Part shown: positions 61,111 through 64,000 of the stretch, one piece after another
Layout of the letters: each line of letters begins with the position of its first letter
Numbering within the stretch: the stretch's first letter is position 1
NCBI GenBank assembly: GCA_963719225.1
Contig: CAVRAY010000001.1
Span: 416,001-480,000 of the forward strand
Direction: 5' to 3'
Length of the DNA: 64,000 nt
From: Thermoanaerobaculia bacterium
GTDB taxonomy: Bacteria > Acidobacteriota > Thermoanaerobaculia > UBA5066
Made by a program: the position numbers and the translations under genes
The notes under the pieces: model-generated
The model's input: only the letters and a program-made list of their open reading frames with translations
The model's database searches: none
Told to the model about the DNA's origin: nothing

Positions 61111-61317
61111 GGCGGCTCCTCAGGGAAGCGCGGATTCTAGCACCTTGAGGCTGCGACTCAGACGCCTGTTTCCCGCGGGCGCACCCCTGTCGCATAATCC
61201 GCCTTCACCCGCCGGTGCGTCTCGGACGATCGGGCTCGTTGGCTGAACGTATCTCCGCTGATCGCGCAGGAGTTCCGTTCCGGAAAAGTGAAATCGAGAC
61301 GGCGCGGAAGGAGGGCG
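61111..61317. promoter_or_regulatory. Divergent promoter region between the wzc-NRPS operon and the nucleotide-sugar/wzm operon
   Basis: Extended -10 TG-C-TAGAAT (61134-61142, -) with AGGAG RBS at 61116-61120. CATAAT near 61193 (+) and AAGGAGG RBS before ATG 61318. Confidence 0.55.
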
Positions 61318-62658
61318 ATGGAAACCAGTTCGTTCCGCTCGGCGCACGAAGCCGGACTCGCCGGGGCGATCCGGGACCATTCGGCCCTCGTGGGGATCGT
61401 CGGGCTCGGCTACGTCGGCCTTCCGATGGCGCTCGCGTTCGCCGAGAAAGGCTTCTCCATCCTGGGCTTCGACGTCGACCGGGCGAAGGTCGACGCGCTC
61501 GCCCGCGGCCAGAGCTACATCAAGCACCTCGACGGCGGGAGGCTGGCCGCGGCCGTCGCGACCGGGCGCTTTGCGGCGAGCTCGGATTTCTCGAGGCTCA
61601 GGGAGCCGGATGCGATCCTGATTTGTGTCCCGACGCCGCTCACTCCGCAACGCGAACCGGACATGACGTTCGTCGTGTCGACGGCGGAAAAAATCGCGAA
61701 GACCCTCCGGCCCGGCCAGCTCGTCATCCTGGAGTCCAGCACGTACCCCGGCACGACCGACGAGCTCCTGCGGGGCCTTCTCGAGACGCCCGCTCTTCGG
61801 GCCGGTCGGGACTTCTTCCTGGCCTATTCGCCCGAGCGCGAGGATCCCGGCAACAAGCAGTTCGGGACGACGTCGATCCCGAAAGTCGTCGGCGGAGTCG
61901 ATGAGGTGTCGGGCGACCTCGCGCAGCTCCTGTACGACCAGGTCATCGCCAGGACGGTCCGGGTCTCGACGGCGCGGACGGCCGAGGCGACGAAGCTCGT
62001 CGAGAACATCTTCCGCGCGGTGAACATCGCGCTCGTGAACGAGCTCAAGATGGTCTTCGACCGGATGGGCATCGACGTCTGGGAGGTGCTGGACGCGGCC
62101 GCGACGAAACCGTTCGGCTTCATGCGCTTCAACCCCGGTCCCGGCTGGGGCGGCCATTGCATCCCGCTCGACCCGTTCTATCTTTCTTGGAAGGCCCGGG
62201 AATACGGCGTCGCCCCGCGATTCATCGAGCTCGCGGGGGAGGTGAACGTCGAGATGCCCGCCTACGTCGTCGGGAAGGTGCAGGCGGCGCTCAACGACCG
62301 GGGGAAGTCGGTCAAGGGCAGCCGGATCCTCGTGCTCGGGCTCGCCTACAAGAAGGACATCGACGACCCGCGCGAGAGTCCTGCGTTCGACGTGATCGAA
62401 AGGCTCCTCCACCTCAAGGCGGAAATCTCCTACCACGATCCCCACGTGCCGCGCGCGCCCCGGATGCGGACGTGGCCGGACCTTCCAACGCTCACGTCCG
62501 TTCCGCTCACGGAGCAGGTGCTCGCGGCGTCGGACGCCGTCGTCCTCGTGACGGACCACACGGCCGTCGACTACGCCCTGGTCGCCCGCGTGGCGCCGCT
62601 CGTCGTGGACACGCGCGGCGTGTATCGCGATCCTCTCCCGAACGTGGTCAAGGCGTGA
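61318..62658 (+). CDS. UDP-N-acetylhexosamine 6-dehydrogenase (WbpA/WecC family)
   Basis: GLGYVGLP, ICVPTP, LESSTYPGTT, SPEREDPGN, KLVENIFRAVNIA, GGHCIPLDPFYL, LAYKKDIDD.RESP. Confidence 0.9.
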   Translation: METSSFRSAHEAGLAGAIRDHSALVGIVGLGYVGLPMALAFAEKGFSILGFDVDRAKVDALARGQSYIKHLDGGRLAAAVATGRFAASSDFSRLREPDAILICVPTPLTPQREPDMTFVVSTAEKIAKTLRPGQLVILESSTYPGTTDELLRGLLETPALRAGRDFFLAYSPEREDPGNKQFGTTSIPKVVGGVDEVSGDLAQLLYDQVIARTVRVSTARTAEATKLVENIFRAVNIALVNELKMVFDRMGIDVWEVLDAAATKPFGFMRFNPGPGWGGHCIPLDPFYLSWKAREYGVAPRFIELAGEVNVEMPAYVVGKVQAALNDRGKSVKGSRILVLGLAYKKDIDDPRESPAFDVIERLLHLKAEISYHDPHVPRAPRMRTWPDLPTLTSVPLTEQVLAASDAVVLVTDHTAVDYALVARVAPLVVDTRGVYRDPLPNVVKA

Positions 62659-63674
62659 GCGTGGCCTCTCCGACGGAAAGCGCCTTCGAAGGGCGGCTCG
62701 CGCTCGTGACGGGGGGAGCCGGCTTCATCGGGTCTCATCTCGTGGACGCGCTCCTCGCGCGAGGGTCGCGTGTCCGCGTCCTCGACGACCTCTCGAACGG
62801 CTCCCTCGGCAACCTCACCCACGCGGGTTCGCGGATCGATTTCGTCGAGGGGGACATCCGCGACGCCGAGGTCTGCCGCCGCTGCTGCGACGGCGCGACG
62901 TTCGTCTTTCACGAGGCGGCGCGCGGTTCGGTGCCGCGCTCGATGGCCGATCCGGCCGCCACGATCGCCATCAACGTGGCGGGCACGGCGAACGTCTTCG
63001 CGGCGGCCCGGGACGCGACGGTGGAGCGCATCGTCTATGCCTCGTCGTCGAGCGTTTACGGCGACTCCCCGACTCTTCCGAAGCGCGAGGGCGAGGAAGG
63101 CAAGCCGCTGTCTCCGTACGCGGTCTCGAAGGCGATGGACGAGGAGCTCGCGGATGTTTACGCGCGGTGCTTTGGGCTGCTCCTCGTCGGGCTGAGGTAC
63201 TTCAACGTGTACGGGCCGCGGCAGGATCCGGAGGGCGCCTACGCGGCGGTGATTCCGCGGTTCTTCAAGGCGTGTCTCGCGGGCGAGGCGCCGATCGTCT
63301 ACGGGGACGGGGAGCAGTCGCGCGATTTCACGTACGTCTCCGACGCGGTGGCGGCGAACCTCGCCGCCGCGGTCGCTCCCGCCGGCTCGTGCGGCCGCGC
63401 GTACAACGTCGCCGGAGGCCGAAGGACCACGGTGAACGAGCTCGCCGATCTCGTCCGCGGCGCCGCGGGCCGCGGACTCCCGTCCGAACACCGTCCCGTG
63501 CGGCCTGGAGATATCCCGCACTCGCTCGCGGACCTCACCCGGACGCGGGCGGACCTGGGCTACGCTCCCGCGGTGGAGCTTCGGGAGGGCCTCGGACTTT
63601 CCGTCGCGCACTACAAGGCGGTCCTCGGAGCTTCGACGCGCCCGGTCTGGGGCCGCCCGGGAGTGCCGGGGTGA
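62655..63674 (+). CDS. NAD-dependent UDP-HexNAc(A) 4-epimerase (WbpP/TviC-like extended SDR)
   Basis: GTGA overlap. TGGAGFIG, GSVPRS, ASSSSVYGD, SPYAVSK, YFNVYGPRQDP.GAYAAVIPRF. Confidence 0.88.
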   Translation: MSVASPTESAFEGRLALVTGGAGFIGSHLVDALLARGSRVRVLDDLSNGSLGNLTHAGSRIDFVEGDIRDAEVCRRCCDGATFVFHEAARGSVPRSMADPAATIAINVAGTANVFAAARDATVERIVYASSSSVYGDSPTLPKREGEEGKPLSPYAVSKAMDEELADVYARCFGLLLVGLRYFNVYGPRQDPEGAYAAVIPRFFKACLAGEAPIVYGDGEQSRDFTYVSDAVAANLAAAVAPAGSCGRAYNVAGGRRTTVNELADLVRGAAGRGLPSEHRPVRPGDIPHSLADLTRTRADLGYAPAVELREGLGLSVAHYKAVLGASTRPVWGRPGVPG

Positions 63675-64000
63675 CCGAAACGACGGCCGGGCCGGCCGTC
63701 GTCGTGATCCGGCCGAGCACGGGCTGGGTCGCGCTGAACCTCGCCGAGCTCTGGGCGTACCGCGAGCTCCTCTTCTTCCTCGTCTGGCGCGACGTGAAGG
63801 TCCGCTACAAGCAGACGGCGCTCGGTGCGGCATGGGCGATCCTGCAGCCTCTCCTGAGTATGGTCGTGTTCACGATCTTCTTCGGGCGGCTCGCCGGCGT
63901 GGGCTCCGACGGCCTGCCCTATCCGATCTTCTCCTACGTCGGCCTCCTGCCGTGGACGCTTTTCTCGCAGGGCGTCAATCAGGCGTCCACCAGCATCGTG
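63671..64000 (+). CDS. wzm: Polysaccharide ABC transporter permease (3' partial; absent from ORF track)
   Basis: Manual translation from GTG 63671: ..IRPSTGW..LNLAELWAYRELLFFLVWRDVKVRYKQTALGAAWAILQPL...F..FFGRLA....GLPYPIF. Confidence 0.85.
   Translation, partial: MTETTAGPAVVVIRPSTGWVALNLAELWAYRELLFFLVWRDVKVRYKQTALGAAWAILQPLLSMVVFTIFFGRLAGVGSDGLPYPIFSYVGLLPWTLFSQGVNQASTSIV

Overview
High-GC bacterial chromosomal window. GWxTD, Oar-type TonB receptor and PCRxxDTR-domain genes suggest Acidobacteriota (inference). It is almost entirely cell-envelope genes in five blocks. (1) 1-7.4 kb: two phosphodiesterase-TPR paralogs around a GWxTD protein and a TonB-dependent receptor. (2) 7.4-25.7 kb: a lipid-linked glycosylation island with arnC, split arnA and arnD, two more polyprenyl-P GT2s and five GT-C-fold transferases, including a frameshifted STT3/AglB-like gene with a degenerate WWDYG motif. 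(3) 25.7-32.2 kb: mixed genes, including a DedA-rhodanese gene with an in-frame UGA (CxU) plus a SECIS-like hairpin (probable selenoprotein missed by the ORF track) and a class A beta-lactamase remnant with an internal deletion and inversion. (4) 32.2-43.7 kb: secreted proteins, including four tandem beta-helix paralogs; three proteins in this block share a C-terminal PCRxxDTR...DVxGYF domain. (5) 43.7-64 kb: an operon headed by the polysaccharide co-polymerase wzc (apparent ACG start) that continues into an A(Thr)-T / KS-AT-ACP-aminotransferase-C-A(Gly)-NMT-T / C-T-TE assembly line, a JmjC cupin and a PPTase, divergent from UDP-HexNAc dehydrogenase, epimerase and wzm genes. The wzc-linked NRPS/PKS operon is the strongest candidate for an undescribed system: an assembly-line-made substituent or anchor for a surface polysaccharide. 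I found no rRNA, tRNA, CRISPR or intact mobile element. All calls come from reading motifs by eye; no database searches were run.
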